Below are positions 27,240 to 41,355 of a stretch of 64,000 bases of DNA, in pieces. The stretch is from positions 49,662,001 to 49,726,000 of the forward strand of contig OX597820.1 in assembly GCA_951406725.2 (NCBI GenBank), in the 5' to 3' direction. Each line of letters starts with the position of its first letter. Positions within the stretch are counted from its first letter, which is position 1. The stretch comes from Octopus vulgaris (taxonomy: Eukaryota). Under the pieces are notes generated by a model. The model searched no databases and had not been told where the DNA came from. It saw nothing but the letters and a program-made list of their open reading frames with translations. A program made the position numbers and the translations under genes.

Positions 27240-27630
27240 TTGCCAATAGAGAAACAGTCGATTTTTAACCTAGATCTAAGGCTCCTTCAATGGAATTTGA
27301 ACAACATCAACGGGGTATGTATGTATGTATGTATGTATGGATGTATGGATGGATGGATGGATGGATGGATGGATGGATGGATGGATGGATATATGTATGT
27401 ATGGGTGGATGGATGGATGTGTGCGTGCAGATTTATAAGTTTTGTGTTGTATATGTCTTCTTATGCGTATAGTTGCATATCTAGACATGCTCATATATAC
27501 TTGAATGATAAACCTCTGGAAGGATTTTACAGATTTTTTTTCCGTTCCAGTCAGTGATGGATTGGATGTGTAGTCTTCGAATCATCTTTCTTCTTTCTGG
27601 TTTTAATAGCCTAACTTTTGAAGATTGGTA
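27240..27630 (+). repeat. Dispersed repeat with internal microsatellite (copy 1)
   Basis: CTAGATCTAAGGCTCCTTCAATGGA..CAACGGGGTATG..TAGTTGCATATCTAGACATG..GTAGTCTTC; diverged inverted copy at 30765-31070. Confidence 0.6.
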
Positions 27631-27707
27631 GGCAGTTTATTTTATATATCTCAGTGATCAATATGTATGTATGTATACATATATAAATGTATGTAGCTAT
27701 GTGTACG

Positions 27708-27739
<32 letters not shown>

Positions 27740-27924
27740 TGTATGTATGTATGTATGTATGTGTGTGTACGTGTGTATGTATGTATGTAGGCATGTATGC
27801 AAGTATCGTGATGGTATTAAAACCGCACAAGTATAATATACACCATCCAATTTCATCATTTCATAAACAATAACCTCAGCTTCAACAGCAACAATAACAA
27901 ATACTTTTGACACATTAAAGTATA

Positions 27925-28267
27925 AAAAGGGGTAAAGACCCCCTTCGGTCATGAATGACCATGGGATTGCACCTAGAAAGTTACCCTCCTAGACACAAGT
28001 CCGGGCAAGGTTGTTTATGGAAGACCAGCAGTCGCCCATGCATACCAGCCTCCCTCTCCACGCCACCAGTGTTATCCAAGGGAAAGACAAAGGTCAATAC
28101 AGCTTGGCACCAGTGACGTCGCAACTCATTTCTACAGCTGAGTGAACTGGAGCAACGTGAAAATAAAGTGCTTTGCTCAAGAACACAACACGCAGCCCGG
28201 ACCGGGATTCGAGCTCACAACCTCACGATCGTAAGCTCGACGCTCTAACCACTGAGCCATGCGCCTT
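27925..28267 (-). mobile_element. tRNA(Arg)-like SINE, full length, with 14-bp TSD
   Basis: Minus head GGCGCATGGCTCAGTGGTTAGAGCGTCGAGCTTACGATC..GAGCTCGAATCCC; TSD CACATTAAAGTATA at 27911-27924 and 28268-28281. Confidence 0.9.
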
Positions 28268-28595
28268 CACATTAAAGTATATAGAAGAGCAAACTCTGCA
28301 TATAGGACCCAAAGGATATTCTGAGACATTTTGAGGAAAGTAAGTGCGTCTAATATGTCATCAAATATAACTTGTGTGTGTGTGTGTATGCGTGTGTGTG
28401 CGTGCACGTGTGAGAAGTGCATAAATATACAATACAAAATGGATATACGCACACCCAGGAACGTAGACAACTATACATACATGTATATCTATCTATCTAC
28501 CTGCCTGCCTACCTACCTACCTACCTACCTACATACATACATACATACATACATACATACATACATACATACATACATACATACATACATACATA

Positions 28596-28830
28596 CCTAC
28601 TTACCTACCAACATATCTACATACATGTATACAGATATACATACATACGTACATAACATATATACATACATGCATGCATGCATACATACATGCATACATA
28701 TATACATACATACATACATACATACCAACCTACCTACCTACTTACCTACCAACGTATCTACATACATGTATACAGATATACATACATACGTACATAACAT
28801 ATATACATACATGCATGCATGCATACATAC
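28596..28830 (+). repeat. Local tandem duplication (~140-bp period) within a (TACA)n tract
   Basis: CCTACTTACCTACCAAC.TATCTACATACATGTATACAGATATAC.. occurs twice. Confidence 0.75.
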
Positions 28831-29449
28831 ATACATACATACATACATACATACATACATACATACATACATACATACATACATACATAAGGGTGTCTGG
28901 GGAGGGTCTCCCTGGGCAAAAATGAGCTTCTTTTTAGATGGCTTAAAGTTGTATGCCAGGATAGATAAAGAGCCTTGTTCTGACTACAACTTTTTTAAAG
29001 AATATAAAGTTGGAGTTTGGACAAGATAAATATTCATGCATGATTGTGAAACAAAGAAAAACTGTAAATCAGACTAGCAGCATCTCTAACAATGGTTTCT
29101 CATAATGGTTTCACTGTTTCTCCGATATTTAATGAGGAAGGCTACAAATGCCTAGAAGTGAATAAAAACATATCTTATGATGGTATCTGAAACAAGGAAT
29201 GTTGCAGAAGCATTATCGCTCTTTCCCTTTAGCAACCTACATTGTGGCTTTCCTTAATTTTAGGTACCTATTTTTGGTCAAGCCCATTTAGATTTACCCG
29301 GACTGTCCATCCCTTAACTGTAGTCTAGAGTCTCTCATAAGCTATTTAAGGGATTTTCCCCGCTAATTCCTTAGGGAGGTGAGTTTGTTACGAGCGAGCT
29401 TTGGTCTTCGATATGAAATCGGTTTTTATCATTTTGCTGTTTTCAGGAA

Positions 29450-29990
29450 GTATCCTCCCTTTCCTTCCCTTCCTCACTCTCCTCCCCATTCTCTCTCTTT
29501 CTCCTCTTCATCTTGTTTCCCCTCTTCCTATGTTTCTCCCTGTTTCTCCCTCTTTCCGCTTTTCGCTCACTTCCCCTTCTTCCCCCCTTTCTCCCTCTTT
29601 CTCTTTCTTCATCCTCTTTCCTTCCCTTCCGCCTCTATTCTCCTTTTCCACTTTACCACGTTTTTCACTCTTTCCTCTTCTCCTCCCCTTCCTCACTCTC
29701 CTACACTTTCTCACTCTCCTGCTCTTCCTCATTCTTCTCAGCTTCTTCATTCTCACCCCTTTCCTCACTCTCACTTCTCAGTCTTCCTTGCTTATCCATA
29801 TCCCTTCTCTTCCTCTATTTCTCTCTTCACCCATTCGACTTCTTCATTTTCCCTTCTTCCTCATCTTTTCCCTTCCTTACTCTTTCCTTATTCACACAGT
29901 TCCTCCCTCTTTTCCCACTTCCCTTTCTTCCCCATCTTCCGACTATTCTTCACTCATTTTCCTCTCCCTCCTCTTTTCCATCTTTCCCCA
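29450..29990. repeat. Polypyrimidine low-complexity tract
   Basis: Almost only C/T on the plus strand. Confidence 0.85.
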
Positions 29991-30764
29991 GTTTTTGAAC
30001 ACCTTATATAGAAATACATCCACTGACCAAGTCTTTGCACACAAATAGAGAACAGCACGAGACTTAGAAAGCAGCTCCTCAAGAAATATTCCAGTTTTGA
30101 TAATCTCGCTTTCATGGCCAACAAGGTAGTATGATTCCAATGTATCATATCGTCAGATAAAAGGATGAGTGCATATCAGCAGATAGCCATGCATGGACAT
30201 ATTACCAGGAAGCTTCTGGATGAGAGCAACATTGATACTCAAAGGAAATTATAAGGCACTTACAACCGGATCACTAACTATCACTTTGTAAGATATGCGT
30301 TTGTAATCAAGGGACAGGAAATAGTTGCCAAATTCATGATACTCAAGAGCGACAGAGGCGCAGGAAAACATCAAAATGGGATTACCAGTGCAGTTTTTAA
30401 GGAGTGATAAACGAATATTTCACCCAAATCATAAGCAGTTGTTCAAAAATGTATTCGTTTTATGTGCTAGTGCAACATGTCCAAGACACTGACGCATCGG
30501 AAGATTAATCCTGGAGCCAAAGATGTAAGAACCCACAGTGCCGCAGAAACGTGTACTGGCGGAATGTCCTTGTGAACATTTCAGTAAAATTCAAGCTTAA
30601 TAAACCCGACATTGTTATCTGGGACTGAAGAGCAGGGAAACAACGTACAGTAGATACAGGACTAATGAAAGATTTACGGATACTTAATTCTGCGTACAAT
30701 TTTACATTTATACTCGTAGGTTTTCGACGCAATTGGATATATATTCAACTAATTACAGCACCAA

Positions 30765-31070
30765 TATTGAGAAAATGGAGTTCTCAAAACCAGTAAGGAG
30801 AAAGCTAATTAGAAGACTACAGATAAAGCCATCAACAAACATATGTGAAACTTTTCCAAAAGTTTCACATATGTGTACACATGCACATGTCTAGACATGC
30901 AACTACACTGATGAGTACATATACATAAAGCAAAGCCAGTAGATGAACTTGCACCTAATACTTGCTCATACACACACGCGCACGCACATATACCCCTGTT
31001 GAAGTTGCAGAGAGTCCATTGAAGAAGTCTTGGGTCGAGATTACAAACCGACTCGTTCTCCATTGTGAAA
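30765..31070 (-). repeat. Dispersed repeat (copy 2 of the 27240 family)
   Basis: GAAGACTACA..CATGTCTAGACATGCAACTA..ATACCCCTGTTG..TCCATTGAAGAAGTCTTGGGTCGAG. Confidence 0.6.
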
Positions 31071-31103
31071 AACGAAAAAAAAATTAATAGAAATAAACGA
31101 AAT

Positions 31104-31332
31104 ATTCTTTTCTACTCTAGGTACAAGGCCCGAAATTTTTGGAGAGGAGGGCCAGTCGATTAGATCGACGGCAGTACGCAACTGGTAATTAATTTATCGA
31201 CCCCGAAAAGATGAAAGGTAAAGTCGACCTCGGCGGAATTTGAACTCAGATAAAAGAAATAAAGTAAAGATAGACGAAATACTACTAAGCATTTCGCCCG
31301 ACATGCTAACGTTTCTGCCAGCTCGCCGCCTT
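31104..31332 (-). mobile_element. SINE family A monomer
   Basis: TTATCGACCCCGAAAAGATGAAAGG..GTCGACCTCGGCGGAATTTGAACTCAG..GCTAACGTTTCTGCCAGCTCGCCGCC. Confidence 0.9.
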
Positions 31333-31364
31333 GGAATAAACGAAATATTAACATACGCTCCGCA

Positions 31365-31430
<66 letters not shown>

Positions 31431-31540
31431 AGCAAGCATATGTGTGTGTGTGTGTGCGTGCGTATGTGTGTGTGTGAGTGTGTGTGTTCATGTAAGGGCT
31501 TGAGAGTGTGCGTGTTTGTGTATGTATATGTACATATATG

Positions 31541-31622
<82 letters not shown>

Positions 31623-31691
31623 AGCGTAACACAAATAAAGAAAGAAACCAGGTAAATAAGTAGACAGATCCGTTGATATATATATATATAG

Positions 31692-31783
<92 letters not shown>

Positions 31784-32014
31784 CAGACATGCTATTGTGT
31801 AGAAAAAGAATGTTCAATCAAATCTATAATTAACAATGTTATACTGTCACGAATTCCTAGCAAGTTGCTAGGAAAGTAGGTGGGCGACCATTGTTTCATA
31901 AATTAACTGGTTATTATACATATTACAATACCTGACAACTTTACACACATTCATTGAAATATTCAGACACTCACACTCACACACAGACACACACACTATA
32001 TCACTATATATATA

Positions 32015-32102
<88 letters not shown>

Positions 32103-33335
32103 TACGTATATATGTATATATATATATATGTACGTGTGTGCTTGTGCATGTACGTATGAATGTATGTATATGGATATATGTATATATAAATAGATGTAGA
32201 TGCATATAAGTACATATATAAATGTATGTGGCTATGTGTACGTATATCTATCTATCTATATATCTATCTATCTATCTTAACGTACGTGTGTCGGTGTACA
32301 TACGCTCACATACTTAAACAGACATTCACACGCACCATACACACACACACACAACAACAAAACACACACGCGTTTATGTGTGTGTGTGTATGTGTGTATG
32401 TGTTTGTGAAAGATAGTGTTTTTGAGAAAGAGCGAAGGTGAGGTGAGGGGAAGGATTTGTGAACGAGCTTTTCTCAATGCATGTGCATTAGGAAACAACA
32501 TGTGTATGTAAAGGTGTACAGCGTATATCTGTATATATGAAAATGCATTACAAAGTGATTGTGGGCGGCAGTTAGTGCAACAAGCAAAACATCCTATAGT
32601 TTATCTTCTCCGAAGAATCCCCAACTCTAGTACAAACCCTTACCACTCACAAATACATGCAGCCCTTTAGGAAAGATACACAAACCCTACCACTCACATG
32701 ACACACCCTATTATCTCCTGCGTTTTTATTTATCTCTTACTCTTCAGATCAACAATTTCTTCGTGCACTGGTTAACCTTTCGTTGTACACCCACCTGCAC
32801 CGTCACTGCCGTCACGACCATAACGACCACCAACCAGCCCTGTATCACTCTACCCATGTCAGTCCGATATATTCAAAGCATTGTTCTCTCCCGCCCTCTC
32901 ACAGTTACTTACCATTTCACTGTCTTTTTCTGCGTTCTATCCTTGAAAATAATGTAATTCCTTTAAGACGTTGCCGTGATTTAACCTTTAATCACGTGAT
33001 AGCTTTGTTTCTGAGACAATTCATACATTTATTCGAAAAAAAAAAATGTTGGTTCCTTTCTATCTTTTTTTCTTCTGTATTTGCTTTGCGTTTTCTGCAC
33101 CTACCTGACTCACAAACGCACGTTATACTCACACGCATACATACATATATATATATACATATACATACATACATACATACATACATACATACATACATAC
33201 ATACATACATACATACATGCATGCATACATACTTACACCAGTGTATGCATACGTACATACATACATATATACATATGCAAACAAATATACGTACAAACTT
33301 CAAAATACATATGTATACATATATATATATATATT

Positions 33336-33368
<33 letters not shown>

Positions 33369-33428
33369 ATATGTATATATGTATGTAAGTATATATAGAT
33401 TTTTATGTATATATATTTATATATGTAG

Positions 33429-33483
<55 letters not shown>

Positions 33484-33498
33484 GTATATATATGTATG

Positions 33499-33532
<34 letters not shown>

Positions 33533-34294
33533 TATATGTATGTATATTTATATATATATATACATATATATATGTATATATATGTATGTATATATGTATA
33601 TGCATATATATATGTGTATGCATTTATATATATATATGTATATATATATACACATACCTTCATATATATATATATATATATATATCTGTCTGTCTACACA
33701 CACATGTTTGAGTAGCAATGCATCTATCTTTCTATCTATCTATCCACCTACTTATCTATCTTTCAATCTATGTATGTATGTATGTGTCCATATGTGTGTG
33801 TATGTGTACGAGATTTGCGTTTACGTCATATTTATGAAGTGTACGCAAAAACTTGCAGTTACATAAGTACTGTTCTAACAGAAACACACTCACACGTACC
33901 TACATATACAAACTCATAGGGACACACACACACACACACATACTCACATACACACACTGTGTTCGCTGACGCATACTTCTAGACACACATACAATATACA
34001 GGTAGAGTAATATACGCACAAAAACGCGGTTGAGTGCGTAGTATTTCCGTGTGTATATGCGGTATGTGTGTTTAAAAGTAAATTTTCCATGTTTTTACAA
34101 TAAGATTCAAATTTACGTGAGTCACCACGGTGAATGAACAATTTGTATATGCGCTTTTAGCTCGCATTCACTCTTTTCTACCGCTTTTTTTGCCTTCTAT
34201 CTCTATCTTTGCCTGTCTCTAACCCACCCTCCTTGCACACAAACAATACTCTCATATAACACACACACACACACAAATGTATGTGTATATAAAA

Positions 34295-34350
<56 letters not shown>

Positions 34351-34404
34351 TTATATATTATATTAAAACTTTATGAGTGTATATATAAACGCACACGCAC
34401 TTTG

Positions 34405-34513
<109 letters not shown>

Positions 34514-34644
34514 AAGAAGAAGAAGAAGAATTTAGCTATATACATACATATGTATAACATTGTATATATATTTATGTATTATTACATTAAAATATGAGTG
34601 TATATATAAACGCACAAGCACTGAAATATATAACAATAGTAATA

Positions 34645-34675
<31 letters not shown>

Positions 34676-34728
34676 TTAATATATTTAATATATATGTAAT
34701 ATATATATAATATATATATATATATATT

Positions 34729-34764
<36 letters not shown>

Positions 34765-34784
34765 CATATATATATGTGTGTGTG

Positions 34785-34820
<36 letters not shown>

Positions 34821-34913
34821 CAATGTTTGAATCACTGGCAGGCAACGCAACGAACACAAACACACAATCTCAAAAATATAAGCATGCCATCTGGAATAAT
34901 TTCTTTCTTTCTT

Positions 34914-34965
<52 letters not shown>

Positions 34966-35319
34966 TCTCTAACTTCACACAGACACACACACACACATAC
35001 ACACACAATGAGAGAGAAAGGGAAAGCGAGAGAGAGGGAGAGAGAGAGGAAGCAATTTATTTAATTGTGTATCTCTGCTTGCGTTTATCTGTCTGGCAGG
35101 GTGCCTGTCTGACTAACAATCTTGCAAGCTAAACATACGTTGCTAGATAGATAAGCAAAGGCATAAACATACATAGATATACGATGCACACATACATACG
35201 TACGTACATACATACAAACATACAAACATACATACATACATACATACATAAACACACATACACACATACACATACATAGATACATGCATGCGTACATACA
35301 TACATAACGAACATATGGG

Positions 35320-35399
<80 letters not shown>

Positions 35400-35435
35400 C
35401 AGATAACTAGCTAGTTAGCTAGATAGATAAATAAG

Positions 35436-36200
35436 TTTCTTTATTGGCCACACAGGGCTGCACACAGATGTGACAAGTTACAAGGTAGAGCTTTTCTTTT
35501 GGGGGATGAAAAAAACAAAAAACAAAAAACAAAAGAAACAAAAAAAAGGTGGCGTAGGTTTTCGATCAAAAAGGATCGTAAAAGGGAAAAATAGAACAAA
35601 AAATTTTTAAAAATAAAAAAGGAAAAGGAGCAAAAGGAAAGAGAAATGAAAAAAAAGAAGAAAAAAGGGGGAAAAAAGAGGGAAGAAGGGAAAAAAACGA
35701 TCAATAGGGATCGTGTATCACAGTGTTATGATGTATGGTGTAAAGGGGAAAGCAAGTAAGGTTTATCCGTGGAAAGAAAAGCCTACGAAAAGACCACGGT
35801 AACCTTGGTCAATATTGTTATATGTTACCACATTTGTTTGCAAGTGGGTAACCCTCTGTTTTCAATTTCTGGGTTCATAGGATTATGCTCAAAGTGGCTT
35901 CGTCATTCATACGTGCCATCCTTGCTACATTCACCCATCTTTTTTTAAAACATTCACAAGACAAAACTTGCCTCTCTACACTTACTTTCCTTTTCAAGTG
36001 GTACTTGAAGAAGTTGATGAGAGATTGACCTGAGAGGAAAGTGTTTGTCTCCAATCCTTTCAGACGCGTCCACCAGATACATTCTTTCGCCATAGTCACA
36101 AGGATGATGAAAATAGCTCTTCCTTCCCGTTTGAAGGAAGGAGGCGTGACAATATTGACGATAGACTCAGCTGATAAACCGACTCGTCCCACACGTGACT
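35436..36200 (-). mobile_element. 5'-truncated L1/Tx1-like LINE: ORF2 C-terminus plus 3' UTR
   Basis: ORF 35875-36216 contains ..ILVTMAKECIWWTR..FKKRW.., the AK..IW..R pattern of L1/Tx1 ORF2 ends. T-rich UTR and AATAAA; 3' end abuts (GATA)n at 35320-35430. Confidence 0.7.
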
Positions 36201-36288
36201 GCGAATTCCATTTCAAACAAACTAGAATTATCCCATAAGCAGCTTTTTTGCCTTTTCTTTGTCGGGGGCAACTCTTAGAAAGATTTCA

Positions 36289-36702
36289 GGATCTTTTCGG
36301 TTTGAACGGCAATTTTTAACATAATTTCTAAGTAACTAAAAAATGTTAAACTTCGTATATTGGTAGAATGTGTATATAAAACATCTTTTTCTCTTGGCTT
36401 CTCTTGAGAAAATTCTATAGTTTGTAAGATATTTGCTGTTTTTTTTCTTCAATTTCGGCAGTTTCAACCAATCACTGACGTCTATTGAGGTAAAAAAACA
36501 TTCTGTGCCGTATGAATATGTCCCTCGTTTATGAAACAGATTGGGTTTATTTACATTTCTGAATAAAAAAAAAATACACTGCCCTCACCCCTAACCCTAA
36601 CTAACCCTAAAACAGATTGAAATCGATACTAGTGTCATAATTATGGGTAACATTTCATATGACACCGCTAGAAAAAAACTGCCGTTCAAACCGAAAAGAT
36701 CC
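36289..36702. mobile_element. Merlin-like MITE
   Basis: TIR GGATCTTTTCGGTTTGAACGGCA / TGCCGTTCAAACCGAAAAGATCC; 8-bp TSD AGATTTCA at 36281-36288 and 36703-36710. Confidence 0.9.
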
Positions 36703-36794
36703 AGATTTCAGACGAACATATTCACCCAATTTCCTATTTTTTCTCTCTCGTATTTATTCTATCTGTCTCTATTATCGAACTTCTATGTTATAAG

Positions 36795-36940
36795 TCTTTG
36801 TTAGTTTTCGTCTACCAGTTCCAATTTGGTCGGTACGCGGCTATAGTAGAAGACACTTGCTCAAGGTACCACACAGTCGAATTGAACCCGCACCCATGTG
36901 GTTGGGAAGCAAATCTTCTTCTACACAGCGACTCCTGCAT
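36795..36940 (-). mobile_element. CORE-like SINE, 5' half
   Basis: GGCTATAGTAGAAGACACTTGCTCAAGGTACCACACAG..CCATGTGGTTGGGAAGCAA. Confidence 0.75.
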
Positions 36941-37302
36941 ATATGTACATATATATTTATACATCGCGTATAGTCCTTACCTTCGAAACGCGGAGTAGAT
37001 GAAACAGGGATAACTGAAGAAGGAGGATATTCTGCATGTTGCCTGTCTCGTTTCTCTGATTGTTTTTTTCGTTGTTCGAAAAAATGTACGTTTTCTCTAT
37101 CTTTTCGTTTCTCATTGTGTTTAAGGTTTTTTTATGTCCTGTACCCATATGTGCATGTATATATAGATATGTATGTAGGTATGTAGATATATGTATGAAT
37201 ATATGCATATATTTATATATGTTTTATATTATATATATATAGATAAATAGATAGCTAGATAGATAGATAAATCGATAGATAGACAGACACACAGACAAAC
37301 AT

Positions 37303-37371
<69 letters not shown>

Positions 37372-37414
37372 CAGATAGGTTGATATATAGACAGATAGGT
37401 TGATAGATAGATAC

Positions 37415-37503
<89 letters not shown>

Positions 37504-37961
37504 CCCACCGACACACGTATATAATGCTTCTGATATTAAAAATATCTTTGACACAATTTCTTGATAGAAAGAACTCATATTCTGACATTTATTACCTGTT
37601 AACAATAAAACATCAGTACAAAAGAAATTACATGAATAGTACTCGCTGCCAGGATGATAATAAGTAACTACTACACCACGTGGGAAGACATTTCGCATGG
37701 AGTGGTGAGGACGACGAAAAGGTTTCGGTTTTCGATTGGAATGGTAATACTTCACCTAAACAGGAAATACCGGAGAGGTATTCATAAATTCCAAACAATC
37801 CCATACAGCGTCCAATGTAAATTTGTGGATATGTGCCCAAATTGAGGAACGAAAATAATATTACGATTAAACTGTGTATATTGTTCACGGTTCACAAATC
37901 ACATGCAATGTTATGCTGCATTCTCGTATAATCGACAAATATGCACACGCCGTATATGCTT

Positions 37962-38060
<99 letters not shown>

Positions 38061-38107
38061 ACACACTCATCCACATGCACAGAAAGTTGTGCGTGTTTAT
38101 ATGTACA

Positions 38108-38182
<75 letters not shown>

Positions 38183-38257
38183 GTGTGAGTGGGTGCATGG
38201 AAAAATATCATAAAGGTGTGTTCCCGGGTGGTGTAGCGTATGTATTTCCACTATAGG

Positions 38258-38398
38258 ATTACTCATTTTTGCCAGCTGAGTGGTCTGCAGCAACGTAAAA
38301 TGAAGTACTTTGCTCAAAAGCACGATGCGTCGCGCGGTCCAGGAATCACAATCTTACCATCATGAGTGCAGTACCGTAACCACTAAGCCATGCGCCTC
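38258..38398 (-). mobile_element. tRNA(Arg)-like SINE, 5' part
   Basis: ACTCATTTTTGCCAGCTGAGTG..GCAACGT..TTTGCTCAA..TAACCACTAAGCCATGCGCC matches 28115-28267. Confidence 0.75.
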
Positions 38399-38805
38399 TC
38401 TGTCGCACCCCCCCATACATATATATATATATATATATATATAATGATGGGTGGATGTTTGTATATATATGTATATATATATATATATATATACACACAC
38501 ATACAGACACATATATATATATCTAAATTTATCATACATGTATATATATATATGTGTGAGTGTGTATATATCGACCTATATATATGTATCTATCTCTCCA
38601 TCCACCTACCTACCTACCAACCTACCTACCAACCTACCTACCTACTTACCTACCTACCTATTAATCTATCTAGCTAGCTATATATGAATACACACTCACA
38701 CATATACACACACACACACATATATATAATATATTTATGTTATAAATATTTAACATGTTATATATATATATATGATATATGTGATATATATATATGATAT
38801 ATGTA

Positions 38806-38837
<32 letters not shown>

Positions 38838-38891
38838 GCATTAATACACACATATATGTAAATATATAAATATGTATATGTATATATATAT

Positions 38892-38931
<40 letters not shown>

Positions 38932-39000
38932 TTTTATATGTATATGTGTATATACATATACATATATATATATGTATATTTATATATGTATATGTATATT

Positions 39001-39031
<31 letters not shown>

Positions 39032-39349
39032 TTGTAGAGATATATACTTTCTTATGCTTATATATATCTGGTATATAATACACATATAAATATGTTTATG
39101 TATACCCACAGAAGCACGCACGCAGAACAACTATTCTCCTCCACATATGCACACACGCATATGCATAATTTGAAAAAAAAATGCATCTTTGGAACTAGAA
39201 GTTACGATGCCCTGTCATGTTCTGCGAACTGGAACCAAAACGATGCGAACGTAGAAAATCCAGCAGAAATCCATGATGATTACATCACAGAAAAACATAT
39301 ACATATTGTCTCTCATGTATACACCTGTGCGAGATTATGAATAAATATG

Positions 39350-39469
<120 letters not shown>

Positions 39470-39516
39470 TATGTGTGTGTGTATGTATATGAATATATAT
39501 ATATTTATATATATGA

Positions 39517-39637
<121 letters not shown>

Positions 39638-40457
39638 CATATACATATATATATACATATATATATAAATGTATATATATAGATATATATGTGTACATAT
39701 ATATTCTTATATATATATATATATACACACGTGTGCATATGAATATGTATGCATATATATGTGGTTGTGTATTTGTATGTGTGTCAGTGTGTATGCATAT
39801 GTATATATATTCTTATATATATATATATATATACACACGTGTGCATATGAATATGTATGCATATATATATGTGTGTGTGTATTTGTATGTGTGTCTGTGT
39901 GTATGCATATGTATATATATTCTCTCAAATTTTATATCACGTAAGAACAGAGGGTTTATGTATATATATATAAATAAACGTATAAATTTCGATGAATATA
40001 ATAAATATATAGAATGCTTTTAAATGTGCACTGAATCATGTTCAAATATACTTATATGAAGCATTCTCGATAATCTATAATACATGTATATGCATATATG
40101 TGCGTGTGCGTTTATTCATATTTAAACATATATAAACACAAAAACACACACATACACACACAGAATAATGATAAAGATTCAAAGAATAAAATAGATCCCA
40201 CTTGTTATCCCTGCGCCAAATGCATGGCTAACTATAATGTATGATATCGAGATTTCTATAATCCTTCATGTCATTCTTAAAATCTAGGAGATACAATGCT
40301 GTGAAGAATATATATTAATAGAACAGATAAGAGAAATGAGGTCAGGGAATATATGTTTATCCCATTTGTTTACAGCTGTTTCATAATTTTTTTGGCTTTA
40401 TAATAGAAATGACCGCAACATATGAAAAATCTGAATTAACATGAGCGTGTACATCCA

Positions 40458-40682
40458 TACGAATAGTTACTGAAAATATCCTGGCTTTGGGTCAAAGAAA
40501 ATGCAGGAAGAACAGTGAATTATGATTTTATTTAACATATTTCCCTCTCAGATCCACACACTTACTGCAGCGGTTCTTCAGTTTTTCTAAGCTCTGTAAA
40601 AATATCTGGGAATGTTGGGCCTTCAACCAGGCCTTTCGCGAGACCCTTAAAGCCAGGAACTTTCAAGCACCCACTCAAATAT
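40458..40682. mobile_element. Mariner-derived MITE
   Basis: Imperfect TIRs CTGAAAATATCCTGGCTTT / AAAGCCAGGAACTTTCAAG; minus strand encodes the transposase end EKLKNRCSKCVDLRGKYVK*. Confidence 0.75.
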
Positions 40683-41291
40683 ACAAGTGTACTAAGAGGT
40701 AACCCAATAGTCTAAACTTCAGAATGATCCATGGTAGTCTAAACCATTACCTCTTCTGTAGAGAACAAGCTAACCCAAAATATATCCGAAAGCGATTACT
40801 GTGCACAGCTGGTTATAACGGCCACTGACCAATACAAATCCGGAAAAAGAAGCAGTAGAGAAATGCCATAAAGTCTGAATCAGTAAATGAAAATAATGGG
40901 CCGATGTCTCCCTATATATTTTGTGTATTGGTGTTGCTGCAGGTGAATATGACTATTATACGTTTTCGTCAATTAAAGAAATTATTGATCAGCTGTGGAT
41001 CTATATAAATATATACTTATATATATATACAATGGTGTCATTGAGACCCAAAGGTGTCAGGTAAAGCTGAATAAGTGCTATAGACAGACCATAGTTAAGT
41101 TCCAGATTCGGTAATTTTGCGAATAAGGGGTTCAACGTTGGTTCTATGTCAGCGTGTGTATATAAGAATTTTTTGCGTAATGAGATAAAAAAAAAACCAA
41201 GTCTGTATAGATATTAGAACATTTATAGATATCTATAAATGTTCTAATATCTACACAGACTTGGCTTTTTATTTCATTACGCAAAAAAATT

Positions 41292-41352
<61 letters not shown>

Positions 41353-41355
<3 letters not shown>

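Noticed and set aside
29379-30500. 200-aa ORFs and downstream coding-like sequence
   Set aside because: The ORFs derive from a C/T tract, and downstream frames have stops and no recognisable motif.
36589-36610. True telomere or chromosome fusion site
   Set aside because: Only about three imperfect units, located inside a TIR element.
36960-37145. Additional Penelope-type terminus (CCTTCGAAACGCGG..CTGAAGAAGG)
   Set aside because: Core halves are in the wrong order or incomplete, so a ribozyme cannot be supported.
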